Shown here piece by piece: positions 50,513-64,000 of a stretch of 64,000 bases of DNA (position 1 is the stretch's first letter; every line of letters starts with the position of its first letter). The notes beneath the pieces are model-generated. The model worked only from the letters and a program-made list of their open reading frames with translations, had not been told where the DNA came from and searched no databases. Location of the stretch: the NCBI RefSeq assembly GCF_044647545.1, contig NZ_CP172818.1. The stretch is one strand, 5' to 3'. The position numbers and the translations under genes are program-made. The DNA comes from Escherichia coli. Lineage in GTDB: Bacteria > Pseudomonadota > Gammaproteobacteria > Enterobacterales > Enterobacteriaceae.

Positions 50513-51379
50513 ATGAGTTATCAGCCACAAACCGAAGCCGCCACCAGCCGTTTTCTGAATGTAGAAGAAGCGGGTAAAACGCTGCGCATCCATTTTAATG
50601 ACTGCGGACAAGGCGACGAAACTGTTGTCCTGCTGCATGGTTCCGGCCCGGGTGCTACTGGCTGGGCGAACTTCAGCCGCAATATCGATCCGCTGGTAGA
50701 GGCGGGCTATCGGGTGATCCTGCTGGATTGTCCGGGTTGGGGCAAGAGCGATTCGATCGTTAATAGTGGTTCGCGATCGGATCTTAATGCACGAATCCTG
50801 AAAAGCGTGGTGGATCAACTGGATATCGCCAAAATCCACCTGCTGGGCAACTCGATGGGTGGCCATAGTTCTGTGGCGTTCACCCTTAACTGGCCGGAGC
50901 GCGTCGGCAAACTGGTGCTGATGGGCGGCGGTACGGGCGGCATGAGTTTGTTTACGCCGATGCCAACCGAAGGTATTAAGCGACTGAATCAGCTTTATCG
51001 TCAGCCGACTATCGAAAACCTGAAGCTGATGATGGATATCTTCGTTTTTGATACCAGCGATTTGACCGACGCCCTGTTTGAAGCGCGTCTGAATAATATG
51101 CTGTCGCGCCGCGATCACCTGGAAAACTTCGTTAAGAGCCTGGAAGCCAATCCGAAACAGTTCCCGGATTTTGGCCCACGGCTGGCGGAAATCAAAGCGC
51201 AAACCCTGATTGTCTGGGGGCGCAACGACCGCTTTGTGCCGATGGATGCGGGTCTGCGTCTGCTGTCCGGCATTGCCGGTTCTGAACTGCATATCTTCCG
51301 CGACTGTGGTCACTGGGCGCAGTGGGAACATGCCGACGCTTTCAATCAACTGGTGCTGAATTTCCTCGCACGCCCTTAA
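50513..51379 (+). CDS. mhpC: Alpha/beta hydrolase acting on the ring-cleavage product
   Basis: ORF track 50450..51379; ATG at 50513 after GGAG gives 288 aa; GNSMGG nucleophile motif. Confidence 0.9.
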
Positions 51380-53141
<1,762 letters not shown>

Positions 53142-53145
<4 letters not shown>

Positions 53146-54155
53146 ACGATAAAAAACTTTATATCTCGGACGTCACGTTGCGTGATGGTATGCACGCCAT
53201 TCGTCATCAGTATTCATTGGAAAACGTTCGCCAGGTTGCCAAAGCACTGGACGATGCCCGCGTGGATTCGATTGAAGTGGCCCACGGCGACGGTTTGCAA
53301 GGTTCCAGCTTTAACTATGGTTTCGGCGCACATAGCGACCTTGAATGGATTGAAGCGGCGGCGGATGTGGTGAAGCACGCCAAAATCGCGACGTTGTTGC
53401 TGCCTGGAATCGGCACTATTCACGATCTGAAAAATGCCTGGCAGGCTGGCGCGCGGGTGGTTCGTGTGGCTACGCACTGTACCGAAGCTGATGTTTCCGC
53501 CCAGCATATTCAGTATGCCCGCGAGCTCGGAATGGACACCGTTGGCTTTCTGATGATGAGCCATATGACCACGCCGGAGAATCTCGCAAAGCAGGCAAAG
53601 CTGATGGAAGGCTACGGTGCGACCTGTATTTATGTGGTGGATTCTGGCGGTGCGATGAACATGAGCGATATCCGTGACCGTTTCCGCGCCCTGAAAGCAG
53701 TGCTGAAACCAGAAACGCAAACCGGCATACACGCTCACCATAACCTGAGTCTTGGCGTGGCGAACTCTATCGCGGCGGTGGAAGAGGGCTGCGACCGAAT
53801 CGATGCCAGTCTCGCGGGAATGGGCGCGGGCGCAGGTAACGCGCCGCTGGAAGTGTTTATTGCCGCCGCGGATAAACTGGGTTGGCAGCATGGGACCGAT
53901 CTCTATGCGTTAATGGATGCCGCTGACGACCTGGTGCGTCCGTTGCAGGATCGTCCGGTACGAGTCGATCGCGAAACGCTGGCGCTGGGATACGCCGGTG
54001 TTTACTCCAGCTTCCTGCGTCACTGTGAAACGGCGGCGGCGCGTTATGGCTTAAGCGCGGTGGATATTCTCGTTGAGTTGGGCAAACGCCGGATGGTTGG
54101 CGGTCAGGAGGATATGATCGTCGATGTGGCGCTGGATCTGCGCAACAACAAATAA
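53142..54155 (+). CDS. mhpE: 4-hydroxy-2-oxovalerate aldolase
   Basis: ORF track 53142..54155, 337 aa. Confidence 0.9.
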
Positions 54156-54329
54156 TGATGACTGCCGAGAACGTGCATTTTGTATGCCCATCCCAGCACG
54201 ACTGCCGGATGTAAACGCCTTGTTCGGCCTACATTTTCTTCGCCTGTAGGCAGTCATTAAATGGTTCTGATTACGCGGCTGGCAATGTATCAGCCGCGAT
54301 TCACCTGCACTCGCAACGAGGTTCATCTT

Positions 54330-55541
54330 ATGTCGACTCGTATCCCTTCATCATCTTCATCCCGCCTGATGCTGACCATCGGGCTTTGTTTTTTGGTCGC
54401 TCTGATGGAAGGACTGGATCTTCAGGCGACTGGCATTGCGGCGGGTGGCATCGCCCAGGCTTTCGCACTCGATAAAATGCAAATGGGCTGGATATTCAGC
54501 GCCGGAATACTCGGTTTGCTACCCGGCGCGCTGGTTGGCGGAATGCTGGCGGACCGTTATGGTCGTAAGCGTATTTTAATTAGCTCAGTTGCGCTGTTTG
54601 GTTTGTTCTCACTGGCAACGGCGATTGCCTGGGATTTCCCCTCACTGGTCTTTGCGCGGCTGATGACCGGTGTCGGGCTGGGGGCGGCGTTGCCGAATCT
54701 TATCGCCCTGACGTCTGAAGCCGCAGGGCCACGTTTTCGTGGGACGGCAGTGAGCCTGATGTATTGCGGTGTTCCCATTGGCGCGGCGCTGGCGGCGACG
54801 CTGGGTTTCGCGGGGGCAAACTTAGCATGGCAAATGGTGTTTTGGGTCGGTGGTGTGGTGCCGTTGATTCTGGTGCCGCTATTAATGCGCTGGCTGCCGG
54901 AGTCGGCGGTGTTCGCTGGCGAAAAACAGGCTGCGCCACCACTGCGTGCGTTATTTGCGCCAGAAACGGCTACCGCGACGCTGCTGCTGTGGTTGTGTTA
55001 TTTCTTCACTCTGCTGGTGGTCTACATGTTGATCAACTGGCTACCGCTGCTTTTGGTGGAGCAAGGATTGCAGCCATCGCAGGCGGCAGGGGTGATGTTT
55101 GCACTGCAAATGGGTGCGGCAAGCGGGACGTTAATGTTGGGCGCATTGATGGATAAGCTGCGTCCAGTAACCATGTCGCTACTGATTTATAGCGGCATGT
55201 TAGCTTCGCTGCTGGCGCTGGGAACGGTGTCGTCATTTAACGGTATGTTGCTGGCGGGATTCGTCGCGGGGTTGTTTGCGACAGGTGGGCAAAGCGTTTT
55301 GTATGCCCTGGCACCGTTGTTTTACAGTTCGCAGATCCGCGCAACAGGTGTGGGAACAGCCGTGGCGGTAGGGCGTCTGGGGGCTATGAGCGGTCCGTTA
55401 CTGGCCGGGAAAATGCTGGCATTAGGCACTGGCACGGTTGGCGTAATGGCCGCTTCTGCGCCGGGTATTCTTGTTGCCGGCCTGGCAGTGTTTATTTTGA
55501 TGAGCCGGAGATCACGAATGCAGCCGTGTGCAGATGCCTGA
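54330..55541 (+). CDS. mhpT: MFS transporter for 3-hydroxyphenylpropionate
   Basis: ORF track 54261..55541; ATG at 54330 gives 403 aa. Confidence 0.85.
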   Translation: MSTRIPSSSSSRLMLTIGLCFLVALMEGLDLQATGIAAGGIAQAFALDKMQMGWIFSAGILGLLPGALVGGMLADRYGRKRILISSVALFGLFSLATAIAWDFPSLVFARLMTGVGLGAALPNLIALTSEAAGPRFRGTAVSLMYCGVPIGAALAATLGFAGANLAWQMVFWVGGVVPLILVPLLMRWLPESAVFAGEKQAAPPLRALFAPETATATLLLWLCYFFTLLVVYMLINWLPLLLVEQGLQPSQAAGVMFALQMGAASGTLMLGALMDKLRPVTMSLLIYSGMLASLLALGTVSSFNGMLLAGFVAGLFATGGQSVLYALAPLFYSSQIRATGVGTAVAVGRLGAMSGPLLAGKMLALGTGTVGVMAASAPGILVAGLAVFILMSRRSRMQPCADA

Positions 55542-55642
55542 CGCGCCTTATTAAGCAGGGGCGAAAGGGACTTCCCCCCAATACACCTACGGCGTTTACA
55601 GGTATACTCGCTAAAAATTATTCAGCGGGTTTGGAAACAAAG

Positions 55643-56182
55643 ATGGCAAAACTTACCTTACAAGAGCAGTTGCTCAAAGCAGGATTAGTCACCAGCAAAA
55701 AAGCGGCGAAGGTCGAGAGAACGGCGAAAAAATCGCGCGTTCAGGCGCGTGAAGCTCGGGCGGCGGTAGAAGAAAATAAAAAGGCACAGCTTGAGCGTGA
55801 TAAACAGCTTAGTGAGCAGCAAAAACAAGCGGCGTTGGCGAAAGAATATAAAGCTCAGGTGAAGCAGCTTATCGAAATGAACCGGATCACCATTGCCAAT
55901 GGCGATATCGGTTTTAACTTTACCGATGGCAATCTGATTAAGAAGATTTTTGTCGATAAGCTCACACAAACGCAGTTGATTAATGGTCGTCTGGCGATTG
56001 CACGTTTGCAGATCGATAACAATAGCGAAGGTGAATACGCCATTATTCCCGCCAGCGTTGCCGATAAAATTGCTCAGCGTGATGCCAGCAGTATTGTGTT
56101 GCACAGCGCGCTCAGCGCCGAAGAGCAGGATGAAGACGATCCGTATGCTGACTTCAAAGTGCCTGATGATTTGATGTGGTAA
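55643..56182 (+). CDS. yaiL: DUF2058-family protein
   Basis: ORF track 55526..56182; ATG at 55643 gives 179 aa. Confidence 0.8.
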   Translation: MAKLTLQEQLLKAGLVTSKKAAKVERTAKKSRVQAREARAAVEENKKAQLERDKQLSEQQKQAALAKEYKAQVKQLIEMNRITIANGDIGFNFTDGNLIKKIFVDKLTQTQLINGRLAIARLQIDNNSEGEYAIIPASVADKIAQRDASSIVLHSALSAEEQDEDDPYADFKVPDDLMW

Positions 56183-56223
56183 ACATTGATAAATCGTGTG
56201 CAGCACCCACACCAGCCAGCAAG

Positions 56224-56329
56224 AGCGGATAAGGCGTCCGCCCACCGGCAGCGTGCATCCTGATGACGCTTTGCATCTATCATCCTAGTTTCCAGAAATA
56301 GGATAAGGCGTTCACGCCGCATCCGGCAG
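56224..56329. repeat. REP elements between yaiL and frmB
   Basis: GCGGATAAGGCGTCCGCC... and GGATAAGGCGTTCACGCCGCATCCGGCAG palindromes. Confidence 0.5.
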
Positions 56330-56342
56330 TCGTGCACTATTA

Positions 56343-57176
56343 TCAACGCATATTCAGTTTATTGGCGTGGTACGCAATATGCTCGCCAATAAAACTGGAG
56401 ACAAAATAATAGCTGTGATCATAACCCTCGTGATAACGGATTAACGTCTTGATATTCATCTCCTGGCAGATCTTTTCAAGATTTGAAGTCCGCAGCTGTT
56501 CTGCGTAAAAATCATCACTCAACCCCTGATCAACCATTATTTCCGCAACGCGTTGACCTTGTGAAATAAGGCTCACCGGATCGTAATCCAACCAGGCTTC
56601 TTTATTTTCACCAAGATACGCGGCAAAGGCTTGCTGTCCCCACGGTACTTGCGATGGGGAGACAATGGGCGAAAACGCCGAGACGCTGGCATATTCATCT
56701 GGGTTACGTAACGCCAGCACCAGCGCGCCCAGCCCGCCCATAGAATGACCCGATATCGACTTTCTTGCCGTTGCTGGAAAATGTTTCAGCACTAAATCTG
56801 GTAGCTCGCTGCGGATGTAGTCATACATTTTGAAATGTTCATTCCACGGCGCTTGTGTTGCGTTCAGGTAGAACCCGGCACCTTGCCCGAGATCGTAACG
56901 GTCGGCATCTGCGACATGACTGCCTCGCGGACTGGTGTCTGGCGCAACAACAATAATGTTGTGCTCCGCCGCGTAACGTTGCATCCCCGATTTAGTAATG
57001 AAATTCTGCTCGTTGCAGGTCAGGCCCGAAAGCCAGTACAGCACCGGTAATTTTTCATTCCCGGCTTTTGGTGGGAGATAGACGCCGACATTCATTTCAC
57101 ATTTCAGTGATTGGGAATAATGCCGATACACATTTTGCCAGCCGCCAAAGCTGGCATGTTTTTCAATGAGTTCCAT
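56343..57176 (-). CDS. frmB: S-formylglutathione hydrolase (esterase D family)
   Basis: ORF track 56343..57176, 277 aa, GHSMGG motif. Confidence 0.9.
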   Translation of the reverse strand: MELIEKHASFGGWQNVYRHYSQSLKCEMNVGVYLPPKAGNEKLPVLYWLSGLTCNEQNFITKSGMQRYAAEHNIIVVAPDTSPRGSHVADADRYDLGQGAGFYLNATQAPWNEHFKMYDYIRSELPDLVLKHFPATARKSISGHSMGGLGALVLALRNPDEYASVSAFSPIVSPSQVPWGQQAFAAYLGENKEAWLDYDPVSLISQGQRVAEIMVDQGLSDDFYAEQLRTSNLEKICQEMNIKTLIRYHEGYDHSYYFVSSFIGEHIAYHANKLNMR

Positions 57177-57267
57177 CAGTCATTATCTCACGGTTAATCC
57201 CCCGGACGGCTGCCCGGGGAGAGTATTAAGAACCCCGTCTGAACTGGACGGGTAAACCTGCGGGAAA

Positions 57268-58407
<1,140 letters not shown>

Positions 58408-58411
58408 TCAG

Positions 58412-58687
58412 CTATTTAAGATAGGCACGAACCAGTTCAATAGTGTCGTCAACGGATTGGCTGACTTCGCGGCTGTAGCAGTCATTTCGGTCAAACGTTT
58501 CCCGGATATGGCTTTCAAGCACTTCTGCCATCAGCCCGTTAGCCGCGCCCCGAACGGCAGCGATCTGTTGGAGTATGGCACGGCATTCGGCATCACCCTC
58601 CAGCGACCGTTCCAGAGCATCAATTTGCCCCCGAATACGACGAACTCGAGTAAGGACCTTTTTCTTCTCTTCCGGAGTACTGGGCAT
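58412..58687 (-). CDS. frmR: Formaldehyde-responsive repressor (CsoR/RcnR family)
   Basis: ORF track 58412..58708; ATG at 58687 gives 91 aa. Confidence 0.85.
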
Positions 58688-58713
58688 TTCGCACCTCATC
58701 ATCTGCACGCAAT

Positions 58714-58762
58714 ATACTATAGGGGGGTATGCTATATGTCAATGCATACCCCCCTATAGTAT
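58714..58762. promoter_or_regulatory. Inverted repeat ATACTATAGGGGGGTAT-N15-ATACCCCCCTATAGTAT just upstream of frmR; candidate FrmR operator
   Basis: 17-bp arms with G6/C6 tracts read directly; G/C tract flanked by AT-rich arms is typical of RcnR/FrmR-family operators. Confidence 0.55.
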
Positions 58763-58871
58763 ATAACACTGGAGAATAAAATTTATCCGGTGAATGTAGT
58801 CGGATAACAAAAAGGAAAGAGGGGCCTAATCGACAGGGAAGGCCGCCCCGGATAGCGGGCGGCAGAAGCAA

Positions 58872-59645
58872 TCAGAATTTCCAGGTCAGATGGGCTGCAA
58901 GTTGCAGACCGTTATAATCATCGGTTGGGGTGTCGTACCACACTTTACCTGCCGTCAGCCCGAGATTAAGTTGCTCAGTCAGCGGTTGAATACGTTGCAG
59001 ACTGACGCTCTTCATGCTGCCGTAGCGTGTTTCTGGCGTCCAGTCATAGGTGTAAGCGCCTGTTCCGCGGCTTAGCCATAGTTGCGTATAACCAGTGCCG
59101 CGCGGGTCATTCAGACGCACGGAAATCATATTGCTGTAACTACCACCTGCATCGCTGGAGTCATAATGGGTATAGCGGTAGCTGGAGATCACCGGGCCAG
59201 TATAGAGGGATACGCCGCCTTGCCAGGCATCGACTTCGACATCATCGTAATATTTAGTGTAGCGATAACCGGTCGTGAAAAGCGTTTTTGGCAACAGGGC
59301 CAGGTTAATATCCTGACGAAAATCCTGGCGGGCAAAGACCGGCGTATTATCCGCAAAGGCAATACCCGTTCGGGTTGTCAGCCAGTTATTCCATTTATAC
59401 CAGACCGCACCCTGACCGCGAGTGGCATTGAAATGTTCAGTTTCATAATCACGACGCCCCTGGGAAAGATTAAAAAGCAGCGTTGCGTTTTCAACTTTCG
59501 CCACCAGTTCAGCATACGCTAAATTACGATTGCCATGATCGCCAGAATAATCGGTAAAATCGTAGCCCGCGGTAATGGAAGTTAACCCGGCATAAGCGGG
59601 CAATGTGCTAAAAATGGCCGCCGCTAATAACGTCCGTTTTATCAT
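58872..59645 (-). CDS. yaiO: Outer membrane beta-barrel protein
   Basis: ORF track 58872..59645, 257 aa, signal peptide, terminal F. Confidence 0.85.
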   Translation of the reverse strand: MIKRTLLAAAIFSTLPAYAGLTSITAGYDFTDYSGDHGNRNLAYAELVAKVENATLLFNLSQGRRDYETEHFNATRGQGAVWYKWNNWLTTRTGIAFADNTPVFARQDFRQDINLALLPKTLFTTGYRYTKYYDDVEVDAWQGGVSLYTGPVISSYRYTHYDSSDAGGSYSNMISVRLNDPRGTGYTQLWLSRGTGAYTYDWTPETRYGSMKSVSLQRIQPLTEQLNLGLTAGKVWYDTPTDDYNGLQLAAHLTWKF

Positions 59646-59646
59646 T

Positions 59647-60200
59647 TTAATCTCCTGTACGGATAAGTTCTTGTCGGAGTGAATAAGTTCCGGTAGGTAA
59701 ATTACGTTCTACAATCACGCGCGGGCCAAGTTGCGTGTTCGGGGAAATAATTCGCCCAGGCAAAATAATAACTTGTACGCCAAGGCGTGAACGCTGTCCG
59801 ATATAACAACCTAATTTATCGCATCCGGTAGCGATAATTCCCTCTGGAGTTCGAACAGACACGGGCTGTTCATCCAGACGATGATTACTGGTACGTACTT
59901 GTGCGCCCAAATATGCCTGGTTTGCGACTACCGAGTCGGCAATAAAACATTGCGGACCAATCGTTGCTTCCGCTTCAATAACCGCATTTTTAATTTCGGT
60001 GGCGAAACCAATTTTTACGCCATTGCTGATTATTGTGCCAGGACGAATAAACGAAATTACCTATCAGGCAGTTTGCGCCAATCACTACCGGACCCTGAAT
60101 AACGGCACCGTGACAAATACGGGTATTCGCGCCGATAACAACTTCACCTGCAGTTTCATCAATAATTACCTGGTCTGCAATCTGAATATTTTTCTCTTTA
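59647..60200 (-). pseudogene. yaiX: Hexapeptide-repeat acetyltransferase gene with a single frameshift near 60050-60060; start approximate
   Basis: Track ORFs 59990..60355 and 59647..59910; re-reading one frame over from about 60055 restores a continuous hexapeptide protein down to 59647. Confidence 0.5.
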
Positions 60201-60203
60201 ACA

Positions 60204-61400
60204 TTAAGCTTCAGAAAGTTTTTCAGTTCCTGTGACAGAAGGTTGGGAATAAGCGGTTGACGCTTCCACCAGTGCGGAATAGCGGGTGGGTTTGTCGCGC
60301 TGAGGTTCGCGTCCAGTAAAAAAGGCAATAAGTCCATAAATAATCCAGATGGCATAAGCTAATAATACATACACAACGGAAAGCGGCGCTAAAGGCACCA
60401 ACAACCAGCAACGATGAAACCAGGCGCTAAAAGCACCAATAACACAAACTACGCCGACCCAGATAAGCGGAAACATTGCCAACACCACACCATGCGGCCC
60501 GGTGGTGATGAATTCATTAAACCAGGTAGTGAGATAAATCCCAACGCCATAAAGCACAACCAACAGCATAGGAAATATACTGAAGATACCGAAGCGGCTA
60601 AATAAAAGTCTTTTATGCAGGCGCATACAGACCGCGTAGCCCACAATCCAACGCCGCCAGCGACGCCATTCCTCACGCGGGCTGTTGCATTCCTGTGGGT
60701 ATACGATGCAGCGATTCGCCTGCCGAATACGATAGCCGTTTGCCACCAATGTCCAGGTGAGATCAAGGTCTTCGACTTTAGTACGATCAGAGAAACCGAA
60801 CTTACGCAATACATCAGTACGGAACATCCCGCAGGCACCGCTGATAATAAACGGTGCGCCGCCCAGGAGCTGCTGTAGCGTGCGCTTCATAACAATCATC
60901 GGCAACTTTACGGTCGCGCGGATGTGCGGTAACAGCCCCGCGCCTTTCAACGCAGTAGAGGGAATGCCGCCTACGGCATCAGCACCGCGCTCAATTTCTG
61001 CCAGCATATAGCCCATTCCGTCTTGATCGGGCGGAACATAGGTGTCGGCATCACTTAAAAAAACCTGGTCGCAGGTGGCGTAATTGAGGCCATTCATCAG
61101 CGCACCACCTTTACCGGTATTTTTTTGCGTGACGGCAACAAAGCGGTCGCCCCATTTGCGTTTGACTTCCGCCATGACCGCTTCGGTATTGTCCGTGGAG
61201 CCGTCGTTAACGCAAATTACCCGGCAAAAATAAGGGTTACGCAGCAGATTATCCAGTGACTGCGCCAGACACGGGCCTTCGTTATAAGCAGGTATAATGG
61301 CGTCAATACAGCCTTTTTTTTGGCTGGGCTTACGCCTTAACGTACTCAGGAACCATAGCAATATTGCTACGGCCATACAGATAAATATCCAGGTTTTCAT
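60204..61400 (-). CDS. yaiP: Family 2 glycosyltransferase with C-terminal membrane region
   Basis: ORF track 60204..61400, 398 aa. Confidence 0.85.
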   Translation of the reverse strand: MKTWIFICMAVAILLWFLSTLRRKPSQKKGCIDAIIPAYNEGPCLAQSLDNLLRNPYFCRVICVNDGSTDNTEAVMAEVKRKWGDRFVAVTQKNTGKGGALMNGLNYATCDQVFLSDADTYVPPDQDGMGYMLAEIERGADAVGGIPSTALKGAGLLPHIRATVKLPMIVMKRTLQQLLGGAPFIISGACGMFRTDVLRKFGFSDRTKVEDLDLTWTLVANGYRIRQANRCIVYPQECNSPREEWRRWRRWIVGYAVCMRLHKRLLFSRFGIFSIFPMLLVVLYGVGIYLTTWFNEFITTGPHGVVLAMFPLIWVGVVCVIGAFSAWFHRCWLLVPLAPLSVVYVLLAYAIWIIYGLIAFFTGREPQRDKPTRYSALVEASTAYSQPSVTGTEKLSEA

Positions 61401-61409
61401 GCAATTTGC

Positions 61410-62081
61410 TCAAAGAATCATTTTATGAATTACAAAGCCTTCACCCAGATCGCTATTGACCTGTTGCCCGCGAAATTGTGCAACTGCACGCAGGCGATCA
61501 TGACGCATATAATCGCGTCGTTCCTGGCTTTTATGTTTTTTTAATGCAGCAAGTTTGACTGTGAAATATTCTTCTTTAACGGATTCAAAAACCTGAGGCA
61601 TAAATGAAAGCCAGGTACTCGGGGTTTCGTAGCCGAGAATTTGTGGAATAGTTCGGCAGGCAACCATTGAGGCTTGATAGACTGCAAGATGATCCTGATG
61701 GCGGTCAGCATCATGCATGGTGTATACACGAATGATTTCTACATCAGACGGAATTTGATTTTTAATGATGTCTTCCAGGGCGGAAATCATATCATTGAGC
61801 TGTAAATGAGCGCGGGTGTCAGCAAAATTAAGATGAATAGTTTGGTGGCACCCTAATATCTTTAGGGCGTTGCGCGATTCTTCATGGCGATCGATTATTC
61901 CATCTGTGCCAGAGTTGCCGGTAGTCATCACCACGGCTGCGATATAAATTCCTTTTTGCGCAAGACGAGCAAGCGATGCGCCACAGCCTAATTCTATATC
62001 GTCAGGATGTGCGCCAATAGCAAGGATACCCTTTCTTTTATTTGCCGAAGAAAGGAGGGCTGAATCTAAAACCTTATCCAC
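61410..62081 (-). CDS. yaiS: PIG-L family (LmbE-like) deacetylase
   Basis: ORF track 61410..62081, 223 aa; AHPDDIE motif near N-terminus; exact start uncertain. Confidence 0.7.
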   Translation of the reverse strand: MDKVLDSALLSSANKRKGILAIGAHPDDIELGCGASLARLAQKGIYIAAVVMTTGNSGTDGIIDRHEESRNALKILGCHQTIHLNFADTRAHLQLNDMISALEDIIKNQIPSDVEIIRVYTMHDADRHQDHLAVYQASMVACRTIPQILGYETPSTWLSFMPQVFESVKEEYFTVKLAALKKHKSQERRDYMRHDRLRAVAQFRGQQVNSDLGEGFVIHKMIL

Positions 62082-62696
62082 TTAATGACACTCCATTTTA
62101 TTTATTATACTACAAGCACAACGATGCACTCAGAGACGTAATCTCTGGCGCAGCCAGATGCTAATTTATAAGTGTTAAATGTTGCTAATAATTGAAAAGC
62201 CAGGGCTTTCAGATCCGGGGGGGCGACTGGTTAATGTTTTTATGCAATTCATATGTTAAGTGTTTGTATGTTTGGTATGTATAGTTATTTTGTTTTATAC
62301 ATTGTATTTAGATGTGATTTAGTTTGTCAATTAATTGCATTTAAAAAATATGTTCTGTGAACAAGTATTGTTTATATACATTATGTGAATGTAATATGCG
62401 AGTGATTGAGAATGATACAGTGATATATATAATGCGAATATAATAGTTTTATTATATGTATTGATATTGATAGAAATAATGAAGTAATAAATCTCGTAAT
62501 GTGGTTGTTTATGCATCACTAAAATGAAGTGTAGTAATTTTCCCAATTGTTAGAACGGAGTAATTGCATATTTAATCTTTCCTTTGCCGTTTTTTTGCTA
62601 AGAATAAAATCATCTGTGCGATAACGACTAATTCTTTTAATGAATGTTTTTATTCCTGAATACTGCTCCCATAACAAGACAGGGGAGCAGACAATC

Positions 62697-63659
62697 ATGG
62701 CAATTTCATCGCGTAACACACTTCTTGCCGCACTGGCATTCATCGCTTTTCAGGCACAGGCGGTGAACGTCACCGTGGCGTATCAAACCTCAGCCGAACC
62801 GGCGAAAGTGGCTCAGGCCGACAACACCTTTGCTAAAGAAAGCGGAGCAACCGTGGACTGGCGTAAGTTTGACAGCGGAGCCAGCATCGTGCGGGCGCTG
62901 GCTTCAGGCGACGTGCAAATCGGCAACCTCGGTTCCAGCCCGTTAGCGGTTGCAACCAGCCAACAGGTGCCGATTGAAGTCTTCTTGCTGGCGTCAAAAC
63001 TGGGTAACTCCGAAGCGCTGGTGGTAAAGAAAACTATCAGTAAACCGGAAGACTTGATTGGTAAACGCATCGCCGTACCGTTTATCTCCACCACCCACTA
63101 CAGCCTGCTGGCGGCGCTGAAACACTGGGGTATTAAACCCGGGCAAGTGGAGATTGTGAACCTGCAGCCGCCCGCGATTATCGCCGCATGGCAGCGGGGA
63201 GACATTGATGGTGCTTATGTCTGGGCACCGGCGGTTAACGCCATGGAAAAAGATGGCAAGGTGCTGACCGATTCTGAACAGGTCGGGCAGTGGGGCGCGC
63301 CGACACTGGACGTCTGGGTCGTGCGGAAAGATTTTGCCGAGAAACATCCAGAGGTCGTGAAAGCGTTCGCCAAAAGCGCCATCGATGCTCAGCAACCGTA
63401 CATTGCTAACCCAGACGTGTGGCTGAAACAGCCGGAAAACATCAGCAAACTGGCGCGTTTAAGCGGCGTGCCTGAAGGTGACGTTCCGGGGCTGGTGAAG
63501 GGGAATACCTATCTGACGCAGCAGCAACAAACGGCAGAACTGACCGGACCGGTGAATAAAGCGATCATCGATACCGCGCAGTTTTTGAAAGATCAGGGCA
63601 AAGTCCCTGCCGTGGCGAATGATTACAGCCAGTACGTGACCTCGCGCTTCGTGCAATAA
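62697..63659 (+). CDS. tauA: Taurine ABC transporter periplasmic binding protein
   Basis: ORF track 62640..63659; ATG at 62697 after AGGGGAG gives 320 aa with a signal peptide. Confidence 0.9.
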   Translation: MAISSRNTLLAALAFIAFQAQAVNVTVAYQTSAEPAKVAQADNTFAKESGATVDWRKFDSGASIVRALASGDVQIGNLGSSPLAVATSQQVPIEVFLLASKLGNSEALVVKKTISKPEDLIGKRIAVPFISTTHYSLLAALKHWGIKPGQVEIVNLQPPAIIAAWQRGDIDGAYVWAPAVNAMEKDGKVLTDSEQVGQWGAPTLDVWVVRKDFAEKHPEVVKAFAKSAIDAQQPYIANPDVWLKQPENISKLARLSGVPEGDVPGLVKGNTYLTQQQQTAELTGPVNKAIIDTAQFLKDQGKVPAVANDYSQYVTSRFVQ

Positions 63660-63671
63660 AAGGAGGCGCAG

Positions 63672-64000
63672 ATGCTGCAAATCTCTCATCTTTACGCCGA
63701 TTATGGCGGCAAACCGGCACTGGAAGATATCAACCTGACGCTGGAAAGCGGCGAGCTTCTGGTAGTTCTGGGGCCGTCTGGCTGCGGCAAAACTACGTTG
63801 CTGAATTTGATTGCCGGTTTTGTGCCTTATCAGCATGGCAGCATTCAACTGGCGGGTAAGGGTATTCAGGGACCGGGGGCAGAGCGTGGCGTAGTTTTTC
63901 AGAATGAAGGGCTACTACCGTGGCGCAATGTACAGGACAACGTGGCATTCGGCCTGCAACTGGCAGGCGTAGAGAAAATGCAGCGACTGGAAATCGCGCA
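63672..64000 (+). CDS. tauB: Taurine ABC transporter ATPase, 5' part only (runs off the window)
   Basis: ATG at 63672 after AGGAGG; translation [42 protein letters not shown] contains Walker A. Confidence 0.85.
   Translation, partial: MLQISHLYADYGGKPALEDINLTLESGELLVVLGPSGCGKTTLLNLIAGFVPYQHGSIQLAGKGIQGPGAERGVVFQNEGLLPWRNVQDNVAFGLQLAGVEKMQRLEIA

Noticed and set aside
53214-53891. 225-aa ORF on the minus strand
   Set aside because: Antisense to mhpE.
62331-62546. 71-aa ORF in the tauA upstream region
   Set aside because: Lies in 75% AT DNA with an I/Y/N-rich translation and no RBS.

Overview
This window reads as an Escherichia coli-type chromosomal segment, syntenic by my recollection of K-12 with the interval rclR – ykgEFGH – betABIT – pdeL(yahA) – yahB..yahO – prpRBCDE – codBA – cynRTSX – lacAYZI – mhpRABCDFET – yaiL – frmBAR – yaiO/X/P/S – tauAB. 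Gene identities are assigned from the translated ORF track and well-known protein families; no database search was run, and comparisons to K-12 are from memory. Intergenic regions carry REP/BIME elements, and the lac, mhp, prp, bet and frm control regions are recognisable. I found no transposase, integrase, prophage, integron, CRISPR array or obvious defence or toxin-antitoxin island, so I do not see a novel biological system here. The main anomalies are: (1) blocks of genes with multiple frameshifts (yahD–yahJ, yahL, prpC–prpE, codB, plus single shifts in ykgH and yaiX) beside perfectly intact neighbours; (2) a C17 run followed by an A11 run at the prpB/prpC junction; (3) a 2 x 200 bp tandem duplication at the codA/cynR junction; (4) a perfect 33-bp palindrome between ykgG and ykgH; (5) several substitutions in the lac control region relative to canonical K-12. 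The frameshift blocks and the C17 tract could be real gene decay or consensus/assembly error; I cannot tell which from the sequence alone.
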